This document shows positions 42,301 through 54,984 of a stretch of 64,000 nucleotides of DNA, piece after piece. A model generated the notes under the pieces. The model saw nothing but the letters and a program-made list of their open reading frames with translations. It was not told the origin of the DNA and made no database searches. Position 1 is the first letter of the stretch. The number at the start of each line of letters is the position of its first letter. The stretch covers positions 248,001 through 312,000 of the forward strand of contig JAQGDQ010000113.1 in NCBI GenBank assembly GCA_030141605.1. The letters are read 5' to 3'. The stretch is from Tubiluchus corallicola. Lineage: Eukaryota; Animalia; Priapulida. Made by a program: the position numbers and the translations under genes.

Positions 42301-43759
42301 GAATGTTAATTTTTCTAATATTATTGATGTATTTGAAAATGAAAACACATTTAAAATTTATCATGAAATAGTGAACTTATTTACGGATTAATTAATATTA
42401 TTTTGAGACTAGGCCATTGACTTTCGTCAAACAAAAATTTATAATTCATAAAGTTTTAACCAGTTCAGTGGAGTTTATTCTCTGGCATGTTATGTATAGT
42501 ATTGTACTTTTCATTGCAGCATTGTATAGGCATAGATTTGATGTACTTAACTATGTAGCGCATTGCAATTATGTATCTTTGTCTGTTCTCGATGCGACAT
42601 TTTGTTAATATCCTTTTCAGTTATAGTTATTTTTTTATATTCTGGTTATTCTGGTTACCAATTGTTATAGTGTATTAGTCTAGAATTATACAGAATTATA
42701 GTCAATAAACTATTGCTACTGATACTACTGGAGAAAGAAAATGTCTTCAAGTTATTGAATCATAGACATCTATTATGAAGATGATACATGCCACAGTTTT
42801 CTATTTAGTATGTCTGTTTGCAGGGATTTAATTCGCGCCATCTTGATTTCCATACCACTGGTCACATTTCTCTATGTGTCTACCAACGTCTCCTATTTTA
42901 CAGTAATGACACCAGAGGAGCTCTTGGCCTCAGAAGCCGTTGCCGTGGTTAGTAACATAATTGTTTTTCAGATTGTCGCTTACTATAATAATTGGATTAG
43001 TTGCAAGTAGACAGAGCAAAGGCAATATTGTAGCCTTTATTTGAAAAGGAAATTAACTCTACTCACTGAAGACTAAAAGTTATGTTGTGTTATGGTCAAC
43101 ACAATTTGTTAACCAGAAATTCAGTCCATTCTTTCAAAGATGGTTTGTTGATTAAAAACTTGTCCATATGCCAGGCAAGCAATATCAATAAAATGTGAAT
43201 TGTAGGTCAATTCATTTGACAATTTGCAAGTTAGTTATTATTTACAGATTACTTTGATAGCATGCAAATTCCGTTTAATTGTTGTTTCACTTTCTCACTT
43301 GGGGTACTATATTTTTACAGACTTGGGCAGAGGCAATGCTTGGTTCCTTTGCTTGGATCATACCTCTGTTCGTGGCATTTTCGACATTCGGTGCTGCAAA
43401 CGGAAGCTGCTTCACTGCAGGTAGAATAACACACGTAGCAGCTAGAGAGAAATACATGCCTGATATTCTGTCTCATACCCACGTCACACGATATACGCCA
43501 TCTCCGGCCATTATTCTAAATGTAAGTTCAAAGAAACTATTAAACTATTGTGAACATATGTTGTGCTTATTGTGACCTTTTTATTGTATCTTGTGTCTGT
43601 TTTGAATCTTTTTTGTATGATATAACGCATTTTACGTTAATATGTTTGATTTAAAATTGATTTTTGATTTACCTTTATGTTTGATATGCGATATTTATGC
43701 TGATTGGTTTCCTATTTGCATTACAATTTGGAGATTATTGTTTTTGTTTATCCCTTAAG

Positions 43760-43849
<90 letters not shown>

Positions 43850-46800
43850 CTATCATGCATGAGCTTAAGGAATAAATAATAATAATTATTATTATTATTG
43901 CCGTGATGGTATCCGTGTATATCAATTCTTCATAATATCATTTGTAATTTTACTTCCCCATTATTTTTAAAAATATTTAAAAAACAGAAAATGTTCACAA
44001 GACTAATTTTACCACTAATGTTAATTAAACTACCAATTCTATTTAATTTTGTATTTATTGTGTACACCAAGCTAATAATGCTTTTCCTGTTTTACAACAC
44101 ATGTATTTTGGGTTCGGTAACGAACCAAATGTGTGTTAGGAAGCCAGCCTTAGCCCTTTTTTTCATAAAATTTTGAAAATCTAATTTGCATTAGTGTTAA
44201 TGGCTGTACTTGTGTTGTCTGGTAGGCCCTACTAAATAAAAACTGCTTGAACAAAAGTGTAGTGCGGTTGGGTTAAACAGCTTAACACATAATGGGCGAG
44301 CGTGTGAATGCCCTCATGAATTTCCAAAAATTTTGCATTATATCTCTAAAGCCCCGAAACCTAATCGATGAAATGTTGCACATATTAATTTTTGGCAATT
44401 GGCTTCCTGAACGGCGCACTAGAGGTTGACTTTGCCTTTGAATATACTTAGATATGCTACATACGCATGTGTTACAAGTGTATGGTCATCATGGCACAGC
44501 GACCCCGTACACAGCGGTCTTGAATATTCACCGTTTCATTTTTATTTTTCATTTTAAGTTCTGTTGTTGAATACAATTGCACACTTTAACTACAGTTAAC
44601 AAAAATTTAGATAATGTAAGAGCTTGTGTCCTACAATGTTGGGTATATGACTGTAATCGCGATAGAATTTTGTAGTGTTTTGTTTGTAACTTTTGATCCT
44701 ACCATTGTGCTTTATAATGTTAAAGGAAGACAGGATGATTTTTCATATTCAAGTACGTAAAAAGTATACATTTTAACACCAATAATACTGATAATATATA
44801 TTCTGATAATTAAATAATACGTTAAAAACTTAATTAACAGAGGGTGAGCCCAACTATTGATGACATCACTAAGGAAATGATTTTCAACAGTACAAATATT
44901 CCATGAGCGTGTTGCACGTGTTTGCGACAGCAAAGATTGAAGTTCACTGCTACTGTAAAAAATTCAGTGTGTTGTAGTAAAACTCGGCAAGTTTTAAGAT
45001 AAAAAAATCAAATTTCATATTTACCGGTGCTTACGCATGATCTGTCGTACGTGTGAACTACGTCACAAACGAACACCTCTGAAATGAAATGTTTTTGTGC
45101 AACGCATTTTCGAAATGCAGGCGGTAGTGCCCATCTAGCAAATGGTGAAATGCATGTAACCAAAGAAGAATTTTGCCGCGCGAACGCAAAACTGCGTTTC
45201 TGTTTAATAATAATTTCACGTAAACCATTCCTGAGGGAATAGTATGCTTCTGTTCAATATTTTAAAGGGTAGATTGTTTTGACCTGCAGTTTAAGATCGG
45301 TTCCAGTTTTCTTTTAATTTAGTGGAAAGCCCTCCGTTATAGTTATCGTTTGTTTTTCTTTTTTTGCAGTGCTTTCTAGCTCTCGTATTAGTGACAATAG
45401 GAGAAGTCGAAACATTGATTGATTTCTTTAGTTTTACTGTTTGGCTGTTCTACGGATTATCAATGGTAGCTCTCATCGTAATGAGATGGACTAAGCCTGA
45501 TTTACACCGACCAGTAAAGGTAATTCCACAAAGTTTTATTTCCCGAAGGTACTGAGCTTGCGTTATTCATTTTCTTGTTAAAAGCAGCCAGTTTTTCGCG
45601 GCGAGTAGTAAGTCTGGTAGCACTAGTTTCGCTGAGCTCATTAAATTGAAAATTGGGAGCATCTATTTGTGTTAATTAGGCAGCCGATCATGGCGATAGT
45701 GATTAGAGTATTTTGCAATTAACTTAATTTTTTAATTTTAGCACTCAACGCATTGTGAATTATAGTTTTGGCATAACGCTTCGCCAATTTTTTAATAAAT
45801 CAAAAGCAGCTGATTCTACATTGTTCGACAAATCTAAAAAGTAACTTCGAAGTCCGAAGTCCAGTTTGGTGTTTAAAGAAATTGTAACAGCTTAGTTAAT
45901 GTCTGAATAAATTTTTGAGTCTGAAGGGTCGAGTGCCTGTGTGGATTAACGGTTACCATAACTGTAACTGAACCGATAAGCTAAAGCCAAAGACAAAGAC
46001 ACAAAAAAGACAAGATTTATATACCGTTGCTTATTTAACTGACAACGTTAGCACTAACGGCTATTTGGTAAGGACGCAACACACAAACAACGAAAAACAT
46101 GCAGGATATATGCCCTGGCAGCCACTACTCTCAAGACTGCGTGGTTGTAGTCCGAAATCTAAACTACTTGGCCACACAATCCAGGGCAAAACCTGGTTCG
46201 AGTCCCAGTGGAGGGGGAAACTTTTAATTTAGCATTGCTTTTGTGTGTTGATCGGATTAAGTGTCAAGTTAACGGAAGAAGACGAGCTACAGTAAAATGC
46301 AGCGAGCTACCAGGGCCGATATTAACAACACTGTCTCACGGATTACGACTACCCAAACTGCTTAAAAACAATTTATAAATATACTGAAAGACAATCACAT
46401 GTTGTAAAACGATGTATCCCACAGCCGCGATAAGGACATGGGAACAATTATAACAGTTTATGGGTATTTATAAAAAGCATAGCGTATGTACTGGCATCAA
46501 CAACGAAGATGTCCGCCCAACTGGGAGTGACTGACTTTCATTATCTACAGACGTCACGGAGAAGAGATTTCACTAGGGTAACATGGGGTAAAAAATGATT
46601 ATATTGCTGGAAATGGGTATATTTGTTTTAAAGTTTGTATGTGCTAAGTGTTTTATTCTAATGCCAATGTACTAACACTACAGTCTGTCTATTGTATAGA
46701 CTAGTTATTCCAAAAAGCTATTGAATGCATTGCCTGTTTTTTCCCAGTAATATGAGTATTTTATTAGTTCTGCTTCTGTCACTGTAAATAACATTACTTT

Positions 46801-49115
46801 GCAAAACTTTGTACTGATGATGTGTAAAGGGGAGTTGGATGTTTTAGTTTCGTAGCCAAACTAAGTTTCTTCTTCACTTCAAGTGTTTGTGCAGTTAATC
46901 TGAGGAATTTCTACAGGTATATTAGACTCAAAAAATAGAAAGGAGGTGAAATGAATATATCAGTAATTTAGCCTGGGGTGAGTTGGGTATATCAAAAAAT
47001 TTTATAATTGTTAATTTCATAGTACACATCTAAAATGTGTATAAAGGAACCAGTAAACATGTATTACTCATTTCATCCCAAATACATATAGGCCATTTTT
47101 TTAAATGTCGCGTAAGTCAATCACAATGTTCCTGTTGCTACTGTGAGAAGTTTTGCTAAACAAAACAAACTTAGAATGTTACGTTGAAATAAAAAAATAA
47201 CGAGATAGAAAAATTTAGTTCTTAAAAATTACAATTGAAAAAACAACTTCTCATTTCACTCCACTTCCCTCTACACAAATGATCAAGAACTGTTTTGCTT
47301 TATTTTACAGATGACAATAATCATTCCAGTCTCAGTTCTTGTCATGTCGATTTATCTAGTTATAGCACCAATAATTGATCAACCAGAACCCCAGTACTTG
47401 CTAGCTTTGGGTTTCATGTTTGCTGGACTTATACTCTACGTTCCTTTCGTGTATATCGCCTACGAACCGAATCTCATGGGTAATGTCTATATTGTTTGCT
47501 GTCACGTTAACTTCTACGACTAATATTATATTTCATAACGTATCTGGCTATGTGATGCTGACACGTATTAATTTCAACACATGTTAAAGCGTAAGAAAAC
47601 ACTCTGCAGAAATAATCCTTCAAAATTCGTCTTGAAATTTTATAACACTTACATGCTGGACTTGCTGTCTTACAAAGCTTGCGTTTGCATTAACGCTGTA
47701 TAAAACTTGTAAATTTAACCTCCGTGATGACCGTTAGGCGCAGCCATTTTGAGGATAAATCATTTGGAATAAGTACAGATAACATTCGGAAGTTTGAAAA
47801 ATAATCAGAGCATTCGTAGCAAACGCTTCGCTAACTAAGACAAAAACTTAAATGACTTTATATTGTCAATAACATCAATAATGTATTTTTGGTGAATCAG
47901 TTGTGCACAAAGGATGGCAATACAGTGTCGTTTTACCAGCTGGCGCGAATATTTTAAATTGTTAAGAATTTTCTTTTCTAATCACAAAAATCTTTCAAAT
48001 AGGTAAGCGTAATGCACAGTAATATAAACCTCCGTGTGAAGTCTTTGAGACATACTTTAAAATAGCCTTATCTTCCCGTTCAAGCTTTTGTGGCTCAATG
48101 CCATTTCATCCCGAACTGACGTCTGGTAAATTCAGCGTTGTTATAAAGACTATATGACGTCATTAAAACGTAAAATATATCCCTTTGCAGATATGTAATT
48201 CTGTTATCCATTAATAAAAACACGGTATAGAACAGAAACTTGAAATTATTTACACTAAAAGGAAACAAAAGTGAAATAAAATGCAAATTACAACGGATTA
48301 ATACGCTAAGTAAATCTCTTTATTACAAGAAATAGTGACAGCAGCGAAGCAGTAAACATAGTCAAGAAATTTGTTCTGGACCTTTCGGCTATCCTAACAT
48401 CCTCAGCAGGTCAAAACAGAATGGATCCACTTTAGGAACTGAAATTACAAGACACAAAAACGTACAATAGTTTGGGCACTAATAAGACATAATGTTAGAA
48501 TGGAAAAGCGCAAAGAGATGGCAACAGCAACAAATCGTGTGGTATAAACAACATTAAACTTTAACAAAAGCCACACGCACAACAAATAAAGTTCTACAGA
48601 ACAGAAAATCACATCTTTCATGAACTTATAAAGTTAGGAATCTATGTGTGCATAATACGTAATCCGTAAACTGTTATGCGTGATGCGTATTGACTGTTTA
48701 CATGTGTCCGTGAACGCCATGCGTACTAACAAAGTTCACGCGGCACATTCCGCCATTTTTGGTTGCTGTTCGTGAAAATTGGAAGTTCTAACTTTTGGAA
48801 TCCATGCCTCTGTCGTGTTCTTGTGTGATGCATATTCGACGACAGCAATCACGTTCGAATGAATACGGATACCGCATCAAGCATTACGTACATATGGAAT
48901 ACTTCCTGGTGTCTGAATACAAAGTGTTTTATACGCATCACGTATTACGCGCATATGGACTTTTTTCTGGACACTGTGTACTATATTTACCTGTTAAAGT
49001 CATACATATGCGATTAAACATATTATAGCCTTTTTATTTTTCAGATTTTTTCACAAAATTTTGTCAGCTGCTGTTCGAGGTAGCCCCAGCGCACACAGAA
49101 CTACATAATGACTAA
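39342..49115 (+). CDS. SLC7A9: SLC7A9/b(0,+)AT-like amino-acid transporter, paralog B (502 aa, 9 coding exons)
   Basis: join(39342-39588,40016-40282,41160-41285,41822-41975,42824-42947,43321-43521,45370-45519,47311-47479,49045-49115); exon sizes 247/267/126/154/124/201/150/169 identical to gene A. Motifs [49 protein letters not shown]. Probable 5' UTR intron 39222-39301. Confidence 0.92.
40555..40835 (+). mobile_element. TTAA-bounded non-autonomous DNA element, internally deleted copy (family shared with 47584-48060 and 61278-61516)
   Basis: Starts TTAAAGCGCAAGAAAACAC, shares aaaattcgtcttgaaattttata and ttatattgtca..aacatcaa blocks, ends TTTAA. Confidence 0.65.
43763..43848. repeat. (ATT)n microsatellite
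   Basis: Direct inspection. Confidence 0.97.
44720..45320 (+). repeat. ~600-bp dispersed repeat, homologous to 63322-63945
   Basis: Collinear shared blocks: caggatgatttt, aaaagtatacattttaacacc, gttaaaaacttaa, gcgtgttgca, aactcg.caagttttaag, gaaatgcatgtaac, tttcacgtaa. Confidence 0.85.
47584..48060 (+). mobile_element. TTAA-bounded non-autonomous DNA element (Kolobok/piggyBac-like), longest copy
   Basis: TTAAAGCG...ACTTTAA termini; homologous copies at 40555-40835 and 61278-61516. Confidence 0.65.
48370..48415 (-). ncRNA. Degenerate minimal hammerhead-ribozyme-like motif (Penelope-like element remnant)
   Basis: Minus strand CCUG-CUGAGGA-UGUUAGGAUAGCC-GAAAGGUC-CAG, with an AATAAA downstream; helix III is non-canonical. 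Confidence 0.4.
48637..48963. mobile_element. Degenerate MITE in the last intron of gene B
   Basis: Imperfect inverted termini ctatgtgtgcataatacgtaatccgta / tacgcatcacgtattacgcgcatatgg. Confidence 0.5.
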
Positions 49116-49189
49116 CAAAACAAGAACTCGCAAGGTGCATTTATTCTCAAATCCATTTTAATTTCTCCATTTCTCCATTCTCGCCTATA

Positions 49190-49530
49190 TTATTAAAGAA
49201 CTAAAAGTTGCCTATAACAAGTGTATAAGAAAGCTATTTTTATTGCCCTGTGATTGCAACCCTAGTCAAATGTGTGTCAATTTGCAAATTCAGACTCTGA
49301 CATCAATATGAGTTCTCAGTATAACTGAAATGCATAAGCAATGTTTGATAAAAGAAGTCTACAAATCAGTGCATCATAAAAACCCTCCCTACATTAACGA
49401 AATTAACCCATTGAGAGGTGACAAGATGCTAAAAATCCCATTTGTAAGAATTGCCATATACGTTTCGCATTGGTTTCAGTATAAAGGATCAAAAGCGTGG
49501 AATAATTTTAAAAAAATGACGCAATTTCTT
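49190..49530 (+). mobile_element. CR1/L2-type LINE 3' remnant in or next to the 3' UTR of gene B
   Basis: Translations ELKVAYNKCIRKLFLLP...SQM and FQYKGSKAWNN resemble LINE ORF2 C-termini. Confidence 0.5.
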
Positions 49531-49875
49531 TAACTCTCAATGTCTTTGTAAATAATATAAGAAGTGGGTGATTAATTTTGCCTTCCACGTGCTAGTTCAT
49601 GATTTAACTGTGCAAACTCATAATTTTGTCATTTTTACCTGTTTTATCAACATTAATTTTAATAGTACGTCAATTTATGCTTGAGTAAAAATAAATGATC
49701 ATTTTTAGACTCAGCTCAGTGCGTCTCAGCTCTTAATGGAAAACAGCTATATTTATAATATGCTTTCGAATTAGTTCAAAAAAATTACATAATTTTAGTC
49801 GGAATAGTACTTCCTATGCAAGTAAATGTATTATGTACCTTATAATCGGCGTTAGATAACCTACTTTCTTACATG

Positions 49876-49887
49876 CTTACTTACTTA

Positions 49888-49921
<34 letters not shown>

Positions 49922-49949
49922 TACTTACTTACTTACTTAGACCTACTTA

Positions 49950-50044
<95 letters not shown>

Positions 50045-50049
50045 GCTTG

Positions 50050-50127
<78 letters not shown>
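49876..50127. repeat. (TTAC)n/(TTGC)n tetranucleotide microsatellite
   Basis: Direct inspection. Confidence 0.97.
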
Positions 50128-50128
<1 letters not shown>

Positions 50129-51680
50129 TTACACATTTTATAAGCGAGAAAAACGTACGTACGTGAGTGCGTGCGTACCCGCACATGTCTGAGTAACCAA
50201 TACTTCGCACGCATTCTGGAGTAGTTCTGCTTGTTTTAAAAAAACAGTTCAGGTATTTGATATTCTGTATTACAGACATCAATGTGTAACATCTTAAAGA
50301 CTATAACGAAATTTGTACTTTACACGATTTTCACTTTATCTTAGTCATATGCACCGAATAGGTTATGTGGATCGTTACATTAAAAGCAGGACCTAGTTAT
50401 AAATAGGTCTACATTAATATCAAGGTTCCGCGTTATGCCTTATCAAAATCTGTTTTGCCTGTCAACTTTGCCTGCCTTTTAGTGAGGCATGGGCTAAGAT
50501 AGTAGATTGTGCACACATTATAGGCAGCCATAAAAACTGAAAAGAGCTTATAAGATGAACAGTGACCACGACTGACCCTCATTCTGTACCGTCTCAAGTG
50601 TTTGTCTTCAAACATGGACAAAGACAAAGAGACTGGTGAGTAATTTTAATCAGTTGTCTTGCTTTTTGCGACTATTTTGCACATTTATAAATGCAGATCA
50701 AGGGAATATAAAAATATTCGCGGGTTGTAATTTTACCACAGTTATTGCTAAAACGTGGCCAGAAAAGTGTCAGAAACTATATTCATGGTTTATTATTTTT
50801 CTTTAAACTTTTGTCTCAAAAATGGAAATGATTCTGAAATGTAAACGTTTATAACATCGCGTTATATTTAAAAGTCACGATATGCATAAGTATTGTACTC
50901 TGATAAATTGCTGCTTTATTTAATATTAAATAATTGCCGTATTTTAATTATACATTTGCAAAAATATTTTTAAATGTGTACAACACGTTAAACTTAATTA
51001 GGGGCGTACGTCTTATATTAGCATTAATATGACTTAATGTTTAATGTACAAAAGTTCTTTTGCTGTAATAAAATAAAAATATTTTTGTATACACTACTCA
51101 TATATATATATATATAAAGTGATAGGTAAGGGTCGTCCTACTAGAGTCAAATCAGGCACATTTTTTTGTTTAATAGCGGTTGGACGTTCAAAACGTTCAG
51201 ATCTTCATTTATTCAGCAGTTACTAAACAGTGCTATCCAATATAGAGATTATCATAGATTACATACGTTTTAGTTCTGCCTTACATGGTCTAGACACAGT
51301 AATAAACGTAGAGTTCACCATTAAAAGTTCAACCTGTGAACTGGCAAGTGATTACCTTGAATACACTACAACCACATAAATTAATACTGTTAGGTTTAAT
51401 ATAAATAATGCGATGTACCTGTTTGCTTTGCCTTGCTTATTTAAACTCGGTATAGTATTAATATCGTCAGCTCAATACAGACTTAGTGCTGTGCCTTTAA
51501 AATTCTCTTATTTTCCCCGCGGAATTTTTATCCATTGTAACGACTTTTCCATATTAGGTGATAATTACAGCAAAAAAACAGGAACAACGAACTTTTGTCT
51601 AAGTGTAAATTTGTCATACGCAGTGTTACACGATGCGTAGCGAAACTTAGAATCAGAAATGAAGGCGTTTATTGCCAAAG

Positions 51681-52362
51681 GCTTATTGCTAAAAGTTTTA
51701 GTGGTCATAGTTTCGCACTGTTAAGAAATAACGATGTGTTGTGTATTATGTACATAATGTGTGGGAAAAGCGAAGACTGGCTAGCAACATGATGAAACAA
51801 AGTATATGTGCGAAAGATGTATGATATGATAAAATAGATGTTTATAAGTAAAATAGGTATATTATATATAAAATAAAAAGATAATAAAAAGAAGCAAAAG
51901 TGATGGGCGAAGTAGGTCCTACTACACATCTATATAAGGAGAGTTGGTTAGATTTAAATGAACTTTAAAAATCGTACATAACGTTTGCAGGAAGTAGAAA
52001 GCTCAGAAGAGCTACAAGTCTAATGTACGATAAAACTGCACCACTTGTTGCCAAAAGCTTTAGTGGTCATAGTTACGAACTGTTAAGAAATAACTTTGCG
52101 TTATGTACATATTGTGGAGAAAAAGCGAAGATTCGTTTGCGATGTAGTAAAACTAAATACACGTGAATACAAGTAAAAGTCACTGTGAAAGAAGAATAAG
52201 TAGTGCGCCACGTAGGTTCCATTATAGGTCTATGTAAGGAGAGTTGATGAGATTTAAATGAATGTAAAAAAAACTCTATAAAAAAGTTTGCAAGAAGTAG
52301 AGTTCGGACGAATTTCTTGTCCATTGTATGGCAAAACTGCCACACTTATTGGCAAAAGCTTG
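51681..52362 (+). repeat. Local tandem duplication of a ~300-360-bp non-coding unit (two copies plus start of a third)
   Basis: tttagtggtcatagtt..ctgttaagaaataac, aaagcgaaga and taaggagagttg..agatttaaatgaa each occur twice in the same order. Confidence 0.85.
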
Positions 52363-52465
52363 GTGCGTGTGAAACAAAGTTTGTGACCTTAGGAACTGTT
52401 TCTCAACCGGCTGGTGTAAAAGACACAAAATTCAAAAGTGAAGCATGGGTCTTTTCCCCAGTGCT

Positions 52466-52474
52466 TATATAAAG
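52466..52474 (+). promoter_or_regulatory. Candidate TATA box for SLC7 gene C
   Basis: TATATAAAG about 35 nt upstream of the proposed first exon ATG. Confidence 0.45.
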
Positions 52475-52508
52475 TGAAGCTAATAATGTAAAGCTTAATT
52501 TCATCGTC

Positions 52509-52545
52509 ATGTGGAAATGCTTTTATGTGAGAATTCCAAACACTG
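52509..52545 (+). CDS. Proposed first coding exon of SLC7 gene C (MWKCFYVRIPNT)
   Basis: ATG plus 37 nt ending CTG|GTAAGT in phase 1, matching the phase-1 acceptor ttttttcag at 58357; the next exon has no in-frame ATG before TM1. Confidence 0.5.
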
Positions 52546-52752
52546 GTAAGTTTTTATAACTATAATAGTTTTATTTAGTCGCTCTGAAATTAAAGCATAC
52601 TGGAAACTTAAATATAAGCAATTTTAAACTTCTACTTACTGCCACTGTATTTAATATATTTAATCACTCGGAACTACCAAGTTTTTACATCGTGACAAGT
52701 TTTGGTTTTCTTAACGGAAGATTAACGGAATTTTGGAATTAAGGTAAGTAAT

Positions 52753-52891
<139 letters not shown>

Positions 52892-53082
52892 CTATGTTTA
52901 TTAGTTTATCACCATTTTTAAAATAGCAAAATACATAACCAAGTGATTTATAAATCTGTACAACATACAATAATATTACAAAGTGCAAAAACAATTATTG
53001 ATTAGTGGTGAAAGGGTGGTAACAAGGTCTTGCTTAGCAAATCTACTTTTTAAGTACATTATCGATATACTTACTTACTCAG

Positions 53083-53542
53083 TTACCTACCTACCTAGCT
53101 ACCTTTCTACCTACCTACCTACCTAGCTACCTTTCTACCTACCTACCTACCTACCTACCTACCTACCTACCTACCTACCTATCTACCTACCTACTTACCT
53201 ACCACCTACCTACTTACCAACCTACCAAATAGCCAACGTACCTACCTACCTACCTACCTACCTACCTACCTACCTACCTACCTACCTACCTACCTACCTA
53301 TCTACCTACCTACCTACTTACTAGCCTACCAACCTACCTATCTACCTACCTACCTACCTATCTACCTACCTACCTACCTACCTACCTACCTACCTACCTA
53401 CCTACCTACCTACCTACCTACCTACCTACCTACTTACCTACCTACTTACCTACCTACCTACCTACCTACCTACCTACCTACCTACCTACCTACCTACCTA
53501 CTTACCTACCTACTTACCTTCCTAAATACCTATCTACCTACC
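53083..53542. repeat. (CCTA)n microsatellite
   Basis: Direct inspection. Confidence 0.97.
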
Positions 53543-53640
53543 TGCTAATTAACTATCAATTTACCGGTAGCCATTCAAAGGACCACCAATAAAATAATCA
53601 CCAGTCAAAGAGCGGCTGGTCAATGGTCACTGTGACCTGC

Positions 53641-53743
53641 AGAGTAACTCGCAGCAAGTCTGGTCTAAACACGCCAGAGAATTATTTAGTGAGTTACTTG
53701 GCGAGTTTGCATGGCGAGAAAATTCGCTACTCTGAATGCGCAG
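53641..53743 (+). mobile_element. Partial copy (right end) of the MITE family at 27209-27677
   Basis: gagtaactcgca...gtctaaa...gagttacttggcgag...tcgcta.tctgaa.gcgc shared. Confidence 0.55.
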
Positions 53744-54984
53744 TTACTTCAAGTTCATGGAACACCTATAATTCATATTCGTGCTATATTTGGCATTTTC
53801 GTGCTACAAAACTTTACCTGCAACTTTGCAGGACTTTACCGCTTTTACGTATAGCCCAGCGATATATTGAGAAGTTTCAAAATCTTTGGTACGCCTCATT
53901 ATATAGATATGTTAGGAATGAAAAGAGATACAAACCATATCCGATAATCTCGTATAAAACATGAAATTTCTAGGACGGTCATGACGCACGCTATAACCGT
54001 AGCAACGAGAGTAAAACCGTGCTTTTGGGTGCTGAACAAATCTAGACAGCGTGCTATGAAGTGAAACGGGAGTTAATATTGATGATTATTTGACTTTATT
54101 GCAGCCCGCCATTAAAACAAAAGCCAAGTCTCTTGGGAAGTTGAACTTATTCTAATATTTGAGAAAAATGTTAGAAAGTTTTAGCTATGAAATGGTCATA
54201 AGCGCCTCCTGTAATTAATAATTTCAATTAAAAATCGCGATCACTTCTCGCTTGGAAGCGCTCATTTTGGTGAAAAATGGCGTCATCTGGTTACCGTGCA
54301 ATATAAACAGTTATTCTGCTAAGTACTTCAGCAATCTTTTTTGACTTATATAGAGCGAACTCTATGAACTAAGTAACCCACCCGGTACCTACTGTATGAT
54401 CGCAAGTTTACATGTGTATCTGAAAGTCAACAAAAGTCTGTAAATTAATTACATTTACGCGATTAATCTTGGTCATAATTGACCAAATAACTAATTTTTA
54501 CAAAAACACCGTTAAATACAACGCTAGAATAACTGAACTTCTGAGTGAACTTTAGACATTTCTCAACGCGTACCTACATCACAGCTTTAAATTGTATATT
54601 AAATTTTTAATTGTATATTAAAATGCAATAAATGTTGTTCCAGGGTTGGTTCTTTAACGAGTATTTAATAAATTGCCGGATGTGGATTTTACCAGGAGTA
54701 AAAATCTTTCACTTCAGTGCAGTTTTTGTTATGACAAAATGATAACTATAGCTTTTAGTACAGAAAGTTTCAATATCCGGATCGCGGAAATCCAGAAACC
54801 ACTTTTTTAAACTGGTAGAAATGAGGCTGCTGCTGCTGCTGTCGCTGATGATGATGATGGTGATGATAATACTAATATTTATAGTGATTGTGATAGTGAT
54901 ACTGAAGTGATAGTGATAGTGATAGTAATAGTGACAGCAACAATGGCAATAACAATAAAAATATAAAAAAATTGTAATAAGAAT

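Noticed and set aside
46110-46220. tRNA-like boxes (GGTTCGAGTCCC)
   Set aside because: No cloverleaf; A-box-like and B-box-like parts are on opposite strands, so at most SINE debris.
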